Virus record (IMG/VR): IMGVR_UViG_3300028840_006907
Coordinates: 352,001-416,000 of that record
Source of the DNA: a virus
Direction: 5' to 3' (one strand)
DNA length: 64,000 bases
The notes beneath the pieces were generated by a model, which saw only the letters and a list, made by a program, of their open reading frames with translations, was not told the origin of the DNA and did no database searches. The position numbers and the translations under genes are program-made. The number at the start of each line of letters is the position of its first letter. Position 1 is the first letter of the stretch. Shown here piece by piece: positions 21,497-30,958 of this stretch.

Positions 21497-21582
21497 CTAA
21501 TTGATTTTGAAGAAGTTACAAGAACTGCTCAAAAAACATCTTAATTTATCCTTCGCTCATTCAGTATATATAGTATAAGGAT

Positions 21583-21592
21583 CTATATAAAA
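21583..21592 (+). promoter_or_regulatory. Candidate -10-like TATATAAAA element upstream of thyX
   Basis: CTATATAAAA about 26 nt upstream of the ATG, with AAAGGA SD between; position only. Confidence 0.25.
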
Positions 21593-21613
21593 AATAATAG
21601 AAAGGAATAATAT

Positions 21614-23116
21614 ATGGATGTAACATTAGCAGGATTTAATGTCGATACAAATGTCCTTAGGGAGATGGAAGAAATCACCGGTAAACGGGATGATCTTACC
21701 CCAGAAGTTTTATCTGCCTCATATGCCCGGATAAGTCGGGATCCTCGGCCAATTGGTGAATTAAGATTAGATTCTAAAAACGAAGTAGAAAAAGCTCGGA
21801 AATCAAATTCAAGTATCATTTTTAAAATGGGCCATCATTCTGTAGCGGAGCATGCTGTATTTAATCTTGATGTTGTAGGACTTTCTCGATATGCTATTGA
21901 AGAGTTGGAAAAATTTCGATTATGTTCATATACAGAAAAATCTCAACGTTATATAACCCTTGATGATGACTATGTTGTTCCTCCTGAGATTGCTGGATCA
22001 AAGTTTGAAGATGAATTTAGGGAAACTATTAAAATGCAGAATGAAGCATACCATGAATTTTACGGTGCTTTAAAAGAACATATCTTTAAAAAGCATGCTG
22101 ATCTTGCCAGTGATCCAAAGAATAAGAATTTATTAGAAGGTTGGGCAAAGGAAGATGCCAGGTATTTAGTAAGCATTGCGACTGAAGCTCAGGTTGGAGT
22201 GACCGTCAATGCCCGAAACTTGGAACTGATGTTAAGAAGATTTGCTTCTAATCCGTTGCAGGAAGTCCAGGAACTGGGGAGAAAAATTTACCAGGAGGTG
22301 GAAAAAATTGCCCCTTCTATAATTATTTTCCATGAAGGTAATGAGTATGACCGTGATACATATCCTAGACTTGAAAAAGTAGGACGTGATTTATTTAATG
22401 GAAGCCATGTCTCATTTTTGGAAGGAGATGTCTCATTAATTGAATTTGATGAAGAAGCAGATGAAACTATAGCTGCATCATTACTTTATAAAGGTCTGAA
22501 TATCCCTTATAAAGATGTCATAACATTTGTTTATGATATGAGTGAAGAGGATACTGATAAAATTGTTAATGCTGTTTGGGAAGATGCCCAATTATATGAT
22601 TCGGCCCTCAGAGAATACGAATTTGCCAATCTTACCTATGAAGTCTGTTTATCTTCCTCTTGTTTTGGTCAACTAAAACGTCATCGTATGTCTTCTATTA
22701 TTGCTCAACCATACAATCCGAACAGAGGTGTGACTATTCCAGAATCGATTAAAGAGATTGGTATGGAAAAGAGATTTCAGGAGATTATTAAAAAGACAGA
22801 TGATGTATTTTTTAAGGTATACGAAGATTTACCATTGGTAGCTCCTTATATATTAACAAATGCTCATAAAAGACGGGTCATAATTCGGGTAAATGCTCGT
22901 GAGTTATATCATATGTCCCGATTAAGAGAGGATAATCACGCTCAATGGGATATAAAAAATGTGGTGACTAGAATGTGCATGTTGGCTCAGACAGAGATGC
23001 CATTTACATTTGCTCTTCTTTGTGGTAAAGACATGTATAATATGACATATAAAAATCATTTCGGTAATGAACCAAAAGTGAAAGAGGTGAAATTACCAGG
23101 TAAGCGTAAATTTTAA
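21614..23116 (+). CDS. thyX: FAD-dependent thymidylate synthase ThyX-like, tandem two-domain form (500 aa)
   Basis: C-terminal half has canonical ThyX signatures (QLKRHRMSS, VNARELYHMSRLREDNHAQWDIKN, PFTF). N-terminal half is a second Thy1-like domain (GHHSVAEHAVFNL...KFRLCSYTEKSQRY...VNARNLELMLRRFASNPLQEVQ) with RHR replaced by KFR. Confidence 0.8.
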   Translation: MDVTLAGFNVDTNVLREMEEITGKRDDLTPEVLSASYARISRDPRPIGELRLDSKNEVEKARKSNSSIIFKMGHHSVAEHAVFNLDVVGLSRYAIEELEKFRLCSYTEKSQRYITLDDDYVVPPEIAGSKFEDEFRETIKMQNEAYHEFYGALKEHIFKKHADLASDPKNKNLLEGWAKEDARYLVSIATEAQVGVTVNARNLELMLRRFASNPLQEVQELGRKIYQEVEKIAPSIIIFHEGNEYDRDTYPRLEKVGRDLFNGSHVSFLEGDVSLIEFDEEADETIAASLLYKGLNIPYKDVITFVYDMSEEDTDKIVNAVWEDAQLYDSALREYEFANLTYEVCLSSSCFGQLKRHRMSSIIAQPYNPNRGVTIPESIKEIGMEKRFQEIIKKTDDVFFKVYEDLPLVAPYILTNAHKRRVIIRVNARELYHMSRLREDNHAQWDIKNVVTRMCMLAQTEMPFTFALLCGKDMYNMTYKNHFGNEPKVKEVKLPGKRKF

Positions 23117-23126
23117 AGAGAATCAT

Positions 23127-23804
23127 ATGAATATAAATCTGAATATTGTCCAACCACCTCATGTAGTCTTTCTCCTTTCAGGGGAATCTTTTCCAGCTTT
23201 GTTTTTCGATTGTTTTTTTAATTTATTGGATTATTGTAACAGGCAGAATATCGGATATACAATAATTAGGCGGTATTCTCCTGTTGTTTATTTTGTTCGA
23301 AACATGTGTTTAGGTGGAAATGTTTTGAGAGGGGAGAATCAGAAACCCTTTGATGGTAAGATAAACTACACACATTTAATGTGGATTGATAATGATATTG
23401 CATTTAAACCCGCTCAATTTCAATCTTTGTTGAACTCAAATATGGATATTATAGCCGGGGCTTATAAGATGGCTGATGGGAGACATTATGCCATTGTTGA
23501 AAATTGGGATGAAGAATATTTTCAAAAAAATGCTTCTTTTAAATTTCTTACTGATGAAGACATCAGGGGTAGAAAAGGTTTTATTGATGTAGATTATACT
23601 GGTTTAGGTTTTATGCTTGTAAAAAAGGGTGTTTTTGAATCTTTGAAATATCCTTGGTTCAGACCTAAATTCTATAAATTTGGTGATTGTTTTGATTTCT
23701 GTTCGGAGGATGTCGGGTTCTGTCGGGATATAAAAGAAAAGGGTTATAAAATCTATATCGATCCGAGAATAATTGTGGGTCATATTAAAGATATTGTTAT
23801 TTAA
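23127..23804 (+). CDS. Putative GT-A fold (GT2-like) glycosyltransferase
   Basis: WIDNDIAF (DxD-like) and GLGFMLVKKGVFESL...SEDVGFCRDIKEKGYKIYIDPRIIVGH match the usual GT2 C-terminal pattern; starts 11 nt after the thyX stop. Confidence 0.55.
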   Translation: MNINLNIVQPPHVVFLLSGESFPALFFDCFFNLLDYCNRQNIGYTIIRRYSPVVYFVRNMCLGGNVLRGENQKPFDGKINYTHLMWIDNDIAFKPAQFQSLLNSNMDIIAGAYKMADGRHYAIVENWDEEYFQKNASFKFLTDEDIRGRKGFIDVDYTGLGFMLVKKGVFESLKYPWFRPKFYKFGDCFDFCSEDVGFCRDIKEKGYKIYIDPRIIVGHIKDIVI

Positions 23805-23852
23805 TTTCAATTAATAATCTTCTAATACGCTGATAGTAGCATATTGCCAATA

Positions 23853-23880
23853 TTGATTATAAATAACTAAATTGTATAAT
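23853..23880 (+). promoter_or_regulatory. Candidate sigma70-like promoter with extended -10 (TTGATT-16 nt-TGTATAAT)
   Basis: Sits immediately upstream of the AGGAGG SD of the 23895 gene; sequence resemblance only. Confidence 0.3.
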
Positions 23881-23894
23881 TCTAGGAGGTATAT

Positions 23895-24269
23895 ATGTCA
23901 TTAAAAGAGGCATCCCAGGAACTTCTAAAACTTGCTGATGAAATTGAAAAAGAAGCAAATGAAGTGACTCAATTTGTGTGTGATAAGTGTAATCATACTG
24001 CAACTCTGGCAACAATAAATCAGAAAAGAGAAGCTGTAGCAAAAGAAGCTGGTGAAAAGATAGTTGTAACAGCTTTGACAGTTGAGGACAAAGTGCATTG
24101 TCCTGCATGTGAGGGTGTCATGGCTTACAAAGAAACAGAAGCCAGTGCTCCTTATTATCTTGACACTGAAAAAAAGGCTGAGGATGATAACGGTGAAGAA
24201 GAGGAAGAGAAAGAAAAGAAAGCTTCCGAACCTATCGATTATGATTCACTAAAAAGATATTCAAGCTAA
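23895..24269 (+). CDS. Zn-ribbon protein (CxxC...CxxC) with acidic C-terminal tail
   Basis: CDKC...CPAC; AGGAGG SD 6 nt upstream; terminator downstream. Confidence 0.6.
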   Translation: MSLKEASQELLKLADEIEKEANEVTQFVCDKCNHTATLATINQKREAVAKEAGEKIVVTALTVEDKVHCPACEGVMAYKETEASAPYYLDTEKKAEDDNGEEEEEKEKKASEPIDYDSLKRYSS

Positions 24270-24320
24270 TTTAGCTAGATTTTCTCTTACATACAGTTTT
24301 TAAAAAGATGGTCTTCTAAT

Positions 24321-24350
24321 GGAGGGAGTGGTTGCCCTCCATTTTTCTTT
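24321..24350 (+). terminator. Intrinsic terminator
   Basis: GGAGGG-AGTGGTTG-CCCTCC stem-loop followed by ATTTTTCTTTC. Confidence 0.55.
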
Positions 24351-24605
24351 CTTATAGTGGTTTTTCACTTCTTCATTGTAGTATTTATTTGTATTCCATT
24401 TAGAAATTAGTTATAATTATATATACTTCTCCCCGTCCTTTTACGGGGCTGTCTCACACACACAGATTCTCAAGTACGGAAAATGATTAAATACCCTCGG
24501 CTCTTTCCGGGGATTCAGGGAAAGATTCACAATTTTTCCCTTTTCTTTTACCTCCTCCAATTTGATAATGTATTAATATTTCCCTGACTATATATAGGAG
24601 TATAT

Positions 24606-25166
24606 ATGGTCAGAATATTAGGAAACTCCCCGGAACGGATTGAAATACGTGATCTGCAAGATGTAGTTTATTACCGTCAAATCAAAGAGTTTACAGATCA
24701 ACAGTATGAACTTTCTAAAGATTTAAAACGGGAAATAGATAAAGGCCGTTTAATCAAGATAGATAAAAATGAGATCTATCGAGGTTCGGGAGAAATATCT
24801 GTCCATCAAATAGTTGAGAGTAACAATTCACTTAGTATCAGTGATCTTAAGACAGCGATACGTGAAGTCCTCCCTGAGATGAAAGGGAACAATGGGGCTA
24901 CTGAGAAATCAGTAAAGGATGCTGTCAGAGAAGTTATTCCTGTATTAGTCGAAATGGTTCGGCAAGAAGTTTCTAAAGTGAGTGTAGTCAGGGAAGAAGT
25001 AAAACCAAAGAAAACAACGACAAGTAGTGAATTCCTATTTCCGACTTATACTCCAAGTATCTCTGATACAGGTCTTAAGAGTAACATAAAAATAAAGGAA
25101 AAAGAAGTCTCTGGTGATTCAGTAGCAGATAGTCTTGCTATTCTTCGTCAGATTAAGAAAAAATAA
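24606..25166 (+). CDS. Hypothetical protein upstream of the actin-like gene (possible adaptor)
   Basis: 186 aa, charged; AGGAG SD; no motif recognised. Confidence 0.55.
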   Translation: MVRILGNSPERIEIRDLQDVVYYRQIKEFTDQQYELSKDLKREIDKGRLIKIDKNEIYRGSGEISVHQIVESNNSLSISDLKTAIREVLPEMKGNNGATEKSVKDAVREVIPVLVEMVRQEVSKVSVVREEVKPKKTTTSSEFLFPTYTPSISDTGLKSNIKIKEKEVSGDSVADSLAILRQIKKK

Positions 25167-25216
25167 CAAATAATAAATCTAAATAAAATTTTTTAATCAA
25201 TCAAGGAGGTTATAGT

Positions 25217-26233
25217 ATGAGTTGTGGCGTGGATATAGGAACATGTTTCCTTGTAAGTGCTAGAAATGATGATAATAATCAAATTCAAATAAAGTCTATT
25301 CGGGATGCTTTTCTTGACATGGAGAACAACCCCCAAGTCAAAAACATGATGAAAATGTCAGGTGCAAATTTTATTGAATCTGACGACATTCTTTACATAA
25401 TTGGTGATTCCTCAGTGGTAGTAGCAAACATATTCCAGAAAGAAGCTCGTAGACCATTGAGTCGGGGTGTTATTTCTCCTGGTGAACTTGAAGCTGAGAA
25501 AATTCTGTTGGTTTTGATAAAGGATATATTGGGGAATTGTAAAGTGCAGGATGAAACTTGTTATTATTCGGTTCCTGCCGAGCCCATAGATCATGAAGCT
25601 GATGTGATCTATCACCAAGCTATGTTTAGTAAACTTATTGGTTCATTAGGTTACAAGCCAGTTGCTTTAAATGAGGCAGCAGCAATCATTTATAGCAATT
25701 GTGGAAAGGAAAAATTTTCGGCGATATCTATTTCTTTTGGTGCCGGTTTAACAAATGTTTGTCTTATGTATCAAACGATTATTGGTATGGCTTTTAGTGT
25801 AAATAAAGCTGGAGATAATATTGATGACGGTGCTGCTCAGGCTCTGGGAACTACTTCCAGTAGAATACAGTCAATAAAAGAAAAGGGTATAAATCTTCTT
25901 GATCCTAATGAAGGTGATCCGAAGACTTTCCGGGAACGTGAAGCTATTATCATTTATTATAAAAGTTTGGTTTTATATGTACTTGATAAAATCAAAGAGG
26001 AATTTTTGAAACGTCAAGGTACGATTGAATTACCTAATGCTATTCCGATTGTGCTTTCAGGTGGAACTAGTTTGCCGAAGAATTTTAAAGAGTTTTTTGA
26101 AGCCGGTTTTAATGAAGTAAAGGATAAATTCCCAATTCCGATTTCAGAGATTAGAATGGCAGAACAACCATTAAATGCAGTAGCACAGGGTCTATTAATT
26201 GCCGCTATGAACCATGATGAAGGGTCAAAATAA
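25217..26233 (+). CDS. Actin-fold ATPase (MreB/ParM/Alp-like)
   Basis: Phosphate-1 GVDIGTCFLVSA, phosphate-2-like ISISFGAGLTNVCLM, adenosine motif IVLSGGTSLP; 338 aa; AAGGAGG SD. Confidence 0.6.
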   Translation: MSCGVDIGTCFLVSARNDDNNQIQIKSIRDAFLDMENNPQVKNMMKMSGANFIESDDILYIIGDSSVVVANIFQKEARRPLSRGVISPGELEAEKILLVLIKDILGNCKVQDETCYYSVPAEPIDHEADVIYHQAMFSKLIGSLGYKPVALNEAAAIIYSNCGKEKFSAISISFGAGLTNVCLMYQTIIGMAFSVNKAGDNIDDGAAQALGTTSSRIQSIKEKGINLLDPNEGDPKTFREREAIIIYYKSLVLYVLDKIKEEFLKRQGTIELPNAIPIVLSGGTSLPKNFKEFFEAGFNEVKDKFPIPISEIRMAEQPLNAVAQGLLIAAMNHDEGSK

Positions 26234-27579
26234 TGTATCAACGCTTGATGTATGCAATAAAAAGACGGATTTTGGATGAGAGTGAAGATGCATTCAAAGA
26301 ACATCCTGCTTTTTCTGAAAAAGTAAGAGTTTACAATAAATTTCCCTATGATGAACGGGTTCAATTTGGGATAATTCTCCGAAATGCTTCTTCTTCATTG
26401 ATACGTCTTTCTGCTGATAATTTTATGTCAGATCTTTATTCTCATGTCAAAATAGCTAAACAAGGAACTCATCCTGGAATAGCTATTGAATGGGTGAGAG
26501 AGAATGAAGGAAATATTACTGAATATGTTGAGGAGGATGTTTCTTCTCAGTTAGATCCGACTAGAAGGATATTTACAACGAATTATCCTATTACTGCCGG
26601 ACCAAATAATACTGATTATGCTACTAGTCCGGGACAGGTCAGAGTGACTCTAGATGGTACTAAGGTGATGCCTCAATTTGTTTATGGTGAAGATAGCGAG
26701 GTATGGTTAACACAGGCTCCGAATGCTGGGACGGTTGCGAAGATATGGTATAATCGTCGTGCTATTGTACCACCTAGTATTCATATTGTTGAATTTACTG
26801 AGGATAATCAGTTTATAGTAGGTATGATTTATGTGATTGATAATGAACTTTTGATAGAAGAAACGACTGGGCTTGAGACTACGGTTAATTTGGTTAATAG
26901 TAATGTTGATACTAATTCTGAAGAAATTTGGTTGACCTATAAAAATGGTACAAAAATAGTGGCTTTGGAAAATGGTGTTGATTACAGTATTAATTATGCT
27001 ACTGGATTGATTACTTTTCTTCAACCATTACAAAGCAATTATAGTATTTACGCTGATTATCGTTATCAGCCTCCTGGAAATGTTACAGGTCCTTATGTAT
27101 TTACTGAGTATCAAGAAAATCATGAGGCAATTCCAGGAGTAGTCCTCTCAATTGGTCGTCGGGCTAAGAAGGGTGATAAGCAGGCTGTTATTGTTTCTCA
27201 ATCGAATGAACTGCAGGCTAAAATTTATGGTGGTCATTGGGAAATTTCATTGGATTTAGCGGTGATTGCTAAAGATCCGATGCAGATGGAACAAATGACT
27301 GATCATATTATCTCTTATTTGTGGGGTGAGAGAAAAAATAGGTTGGAGTATGAGGGAATCGCTTTAAATTCAGTAGAGCCTACTGGAGAGACAGAGGAGA
27401 CTCATGTAGAATCAACTGGTGATCTTTATTACGAATCGGGTGTTTCCATAAATCTTCAATCTGAATGGCAGAGATTTGTGCCATATAATCCGATTTATCG
27501 ATTAAGAGATATTAACATGATAGCTGATTTAAGACCAGTCATAAAGGGTCCGATCATCAATTTCGAGAGGTTAACTTGA
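26233..27579 (+). CDS. Hypothetical virion/tail-associated protein (448 aa)
   Basis: Start overlaps the actin-like stop (TAATG); contains a weak copy of the beta-rich module also seen in the sheath (VRVTLDGTKV...VWLTQAPNAGTVAKIWY). Confidence 0.6.
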   Translation: MYQRLMYAIKRRILDESEDAFKEHPAFSEKVRVYNKFPYDERVQFGIILRNASSSLIRLSADNFMSDLYSHVKIAKQGTHPGIAIEWVRENEGNITEYVEEDVSSQLDPTRRIFTTNYPITAGPNNTDYATSPGQVRVTLDGTKVMPQFVYGEDSEVWLTQAPNAGTVAKIWYNRRAIVPPSIHIVEFTEDNQFIVGMIYVIDNELLIEETTGLETTVNLVNSNVDTNSEEIWLTYKNGTKIVALENGVDYSINYATGLITFLQPLQSNYSIYADYRYQPPGNVTGPYVFTEYQENHEAIPGVVLSIGRRAKKGDKQAVIVSQSNELQAKIYGGHWEISLDLAVIAKDPMQMEQMTDHIISYLWGERKNRLEYEGIALNSVEPTGETEETHVESTGDLYYESGVSINLQSEWQRFVPYNPIYRLRDINMIADLRPVIKGPIINFERLT

Positions 27580-27624
27580 TTTAATTATCTTTTAATAATT
27601 GATACATATTGTTAGGAGTTTATA

Positions 27625-28044
27625 ATGCCTCTTTATGAATATAAGTGTAAAAAATGTGAATTTGAATTTGAAGAACTCATCCTGAATAAGGAAGGTAGTC
27701 TTTTAATAAAATGTAGGAGATGTGGAGCTGAAGCTGAAAGAAAGATGAGTTCATTTTCATCAGTAGTTCAGGGAAGTTCCAATGAATCGGTTGATGTTAA
27801 AATCGGTCGGGAGGCAGATAAAAGATGGGAATTATACCATAATCGCCAGGAAAAGAGGCGTGCTGGTAAAGAGTTAAAAGAAGTAAAGTTATCAAAAAAA
27901 GGTGGTCAGTATAGACCTGTGATGGCTTTAGGAAGTGAAAAGACAATTGAAAATAGAAATAAGTATTCTGAGTCCCTGCAACAACATAGGCAGGATAGAG
28001 AAAAACGTGGTCAGTCTCAATTTAGTGAAACTGGCTCATTTTAA
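27625..28044 (+). CDS. FmdB-family Zn-ribbon protein
   Basis: MPLYEYKCKKCEFEFEE...CRRCGAE matches the FmdB N-terminal signature. Confidence 0.65.
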   Translation: MPLYEYKCKKCEFEFEELILNKEGSLLIKCRRCGAEAERKMSSFSSVVQGSSNESVDVKIGREADKRWELYHNRQEKRRAGKELKEVKLSKKGGQYRPVMALGSEKTIENRNKYSESLQQHRQDREKRGQSQFSETGSF

Positions 28045-28156
28045 CCTCTTAAATAATAAATAATATATCAAATAAAATTTTATTAAATCCAAATAAGATA
28101 AGAGATAAAAAAATTTAATTAAAATTGTAAAAACAAAAATATGTAGGAGGTTAACT

Positions 28157-30958
28157 ATGGGACTTGGCCCTTTTGATTCGTTTTCGTTTCCTGATGTGTA
28201 TACGAAAACATTGAATGAAGCGCCTACCGTAACTGCGTCTGGAGATATCCGCATTCCTGCTTTTATTGGAGTAGCTGATGAAAATGTTCCTGTTAATAAC
28301 TATGAAATGATTCGCGGTTCAAGTGCATTGGCCGATAATAAAATAGTTAGGGAAAATGTTTCCAGTCAGGTAACAGGTAGTAACCGTAATTTTAGAGTCT
28401 CTTACTATCCTATTGTAAAAGGGGATGGTAATGGTACCACTACGACAGATCCAAACGATGTAACGGTTGAGGTTGATGGAGAAGCAGTTGCAGTCTCATC
28501 AGTTGACGGAGAGAATGGTTGGATTTATCTAGTAGGTATCCCACCAACAGGAAGTACAGTGCTTATCACTTATTATTTCAAACGTAATGATACATTACAT
28601 ACATTGGAAGATCTCAGTGATCAGGTTGATGGTACACGTACTGTTTTTCAAACACATTATACTCCGATTGTAACAGGTGATGGTAGTGGTACAACTACAA
28701 CAACTACTTCTCATGTTACAGTTTTAGTAAACAATTCAGCGGTTACTGTTTCTGCAGTGGATGGAGATTCAGGTCAAATTACTCTAGCTTCTGCACCATC
28801 GGTTGGTCAGACAGTGAAAGTAACTTATTATTCTAATGAATGGCAAGATACGGCAGATATCTTACCTTCACCTTATGTTACAGAAGTAACACAGGTAGGT
28901 TATAGCCCAGGTACATCTGATTTTATTGATGAGACAGACTATGTTCTTGATACAACAGGGAATTTTAGTACAATAAACTGGGGCCATTCAGTAAAAGTTA
29001 GTGCCGGTACAACAACAACAGGTGGTGAAGCTTTTGATGATACACAAATCACTACTACTCTGTTTGATAATCGGACATTTCGTAGAGCTATGACAGGTAC
29101 TGTTGATGGTACTAATGCAAATTTTGTGATGGAAGCTACTCCGAAGAGTGGTGAAGGTCGTGGTATTGATACTGATGATCCCGATCTTGTTACAGCTTAT
29201 TATGGTACTAATCCAACAGATGCTACAGTTATAGATGTAATTCAATTAACAGCTTCTTCAAGAACGGCTGTTTTGGCATCTGCTCCTCCAGCAGGAAATA
29301 ATGTCTATATCACTCAATATAGCAATTTACTTCCTGATGATACTTGGACTTTAACTGATAAGACTTCCGGTGCTACAGGTATTGGAGTTTATGATGTTGA
29401 GGGTACTAATGCTGGTACGGCTATGGACGTTCAGTGGTCAACAACTGATACAACAGTTGCTGATCCAGATTTCTCTTCTGAGAATGTGACTTATCCGAAT
29501 GGTACCGGTGCAGGTAACAGTGATGCTCAAGTGTCGCCTGGATTTGCTGTTCAAGAAACGGTATCTTTAACTTTTGCCGATGCTACCACTTATACTGTAA
29601 GTTCAGACCAGACAAGTACTGGTTCTGGTTCAGGTGGCGATAATACAGGATATTTAAATCAAACTTACATTGACAGTGTAACGGGTTTCCGTATTACTGT
29701 TAATGAGGGTACATTAGTTATATATCAGGCGGGTGATAAATTAGGTTATACTGTTAATCCTGATTTTGTCACTTCTACGACACCAACAAGAGCAATACCA
29801 GGTGTTCGTGTAAGAGTATCTAATACTACTGATGTAGTGGTAGGAGATACAGGTTTAGTAAAAACGTATAATTTATCAGGACAAGAACCGAATGTTGGAG
29901 ATTTCTATTATGTCTCTTTTACTGAAGCTGTACAATTTGATTCTGATGGTATTCTCATAGGTGGAGCTAAATTATACAGTCAGGAGAAAAATGTAATAGC
30001 TGATACAGGTCCTTTATCTATAACAAATAATCTTGGAATGGCCGCTCATCTTGCTTTTTTGAACGGTTCAAGTTTAATTGCCTTACTACAGATAGAGAAG
30101 ACATCCGGTGCTGATGATGCCCCTGATTCAAGGTATATTGCGGGTATTGATTATTTCAATGAGCCCATGGAAGGTGGTACAAGACCAGCTCTTATGCAAC
30201 CAGTAACAACTTCATCTGCGGTTATCAATTATTTGAGAACTTCAAATACCATTCAATCTGGTATACGTTATGCGAATGAACGTTTCTCTTATTTTGGTTT
30301 CCCGACAAATACGTTACCAACGAGTGCTCAGACTTTTGCTCGATCAATGAATAATGAGTTGATGGTAGCTGTTTATCCTGATGGTGCTGTGACAACTATC
30401 ACGGATGAATTAGGTAATGAGACTGAATATTTGGTAGATGGAGCTTATATGGCAGCAGCGATTGCTGGAAGAGATACTTCACCTGCTTTCGATGTAGCAG
30501 AACCATTGACAAGAAAACCTATTGTAGGATTCCGTCGTTTATTCCGTAGAATGGATTCGGTAACTGCTGCACAAACGGCAAATGCTGGTATAACTCTTCT
30601 TGAAGAGTTAGCTGCAGGTATTGAGGTTAGATTTGCTTTGACAACTGATATATCATCGGTATTAACGAGAACTCCTTCAGTTATTAGAATAAAGCAATTT
30701 GTTCAGAGAGGGGCTCGTTCGGTATTACAGCCTTATATTGGTTCCAAGCTATTAGTTCAACGTAGAGCAGAAATAGAGCAGACTCTTAAGTCTTATCTAG
30801 CTGCCTTACAGCAAGCTAATATTATTACTGGTTGGACAGGTGTAAAGGCTGAACTGGATCCGAATGATCCGACGATTATTAATGTGGAAGCTTTTTATAG
30901 CCCAGTATTTCCGTTGTTATGGATTGTGATTACTTTTAATCTTCGTTCTAATATATAA
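28157..30958 (+). CDS. Contractile tail sheath protein (933 aa) with inserted tandem beta-rich domains
   Basis: Sheath-like N-terminus (PDVYTKTLNEAPTVTASGDIRIPAFIGVA) and C-terminal region (INYLRTSNTIQSGIRYANER...); gene order sheath-tube-chaperones-TMP; GGAGG SD. Confidence 0.65.
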   Translation: MGLGPFDSFSFPDVYTKTLNEAPTVTASGDIRIPAFIGVADENVPVNNYEMIRGSSALADNKIVRENVSSQVTGSNRNFRVSYYPIVKGDGNGTTTTDPNDVTVEVDGEAVAVSSVDGENGWIYLVGIPPTGSTVLITYYFKRNDTLHTLEDLSDQVDGTRTVFQTHYTPIVTGDGSGTTTTTTSHVTVLVNNSAVTVSAVDGDSGQITLASAPSVGQTVKVTYYSNEWQDTADILPSPYVTEVTQVGYSPGTSDFIDETDYVLDTTGNFSTINWGHSVKVSAGTTTTGGEAFDDTQITTTLFDNRTFRRAMTGTVDGTNANFVMEATPKSGEGRGIDTDDPDLVTAYYGTNPTDATVIDVIQLTASSRTAVLASAPPAGNNVYITQYSNLLPDDTWTLTDKTSGATGIGVYDVEGTNAGTAMDVQWSTTDTTVADPDFSSENVTYPNGTGAGNSDAQVSPGFAVQETVSLTFADATTYTVSSDQTSTGSGSGGDNTGYLNQTYIDSVTGFRITVNEGTLVIYQAGDKLGYTVNPDFVTSTTPTRAIPGVRVRVSNTTDVVVGDTGLVKTYNLSGQEPNVGDFYYVSFTEAVQFDSDGILIGGAKLYSQEKNVIADTGPLSITNNLGMAAHLAFLNGSSLIALLQIEKTSGADDAPDSRYIAGIDYFNEPMEGGTRPALMQPVTTSSAVINYLRTSNTIQSGIRYANERFSYFGFPTNTLPTSAQTFARSMNNELMVAVYPDGAVTTITDELGNETEYLVDGAYMAAAIAGRDTSPAFDVAEPLTRKPIVGFRRLFRRMDSVTAAQTANAGITLLEELAAGIEVRFALTTDISSVLTRTPSVIRIKQFVQRGARSVLQPYIGSKLLVQRRAEIEQTLKSYLAALQQANIITGWTGVKAELDPNDPTIINVEAFYSPVFPLLWIVITFNLRSNI

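Noticed and set aside
24541-24570. Minus-strand gene driven by the ACCTCCTCC stretch (GGAGGAGG on the reverse strand)
   Set aside because: No ATG or convincing start follows at proper spacing on the minus strand, and no ORF is present.
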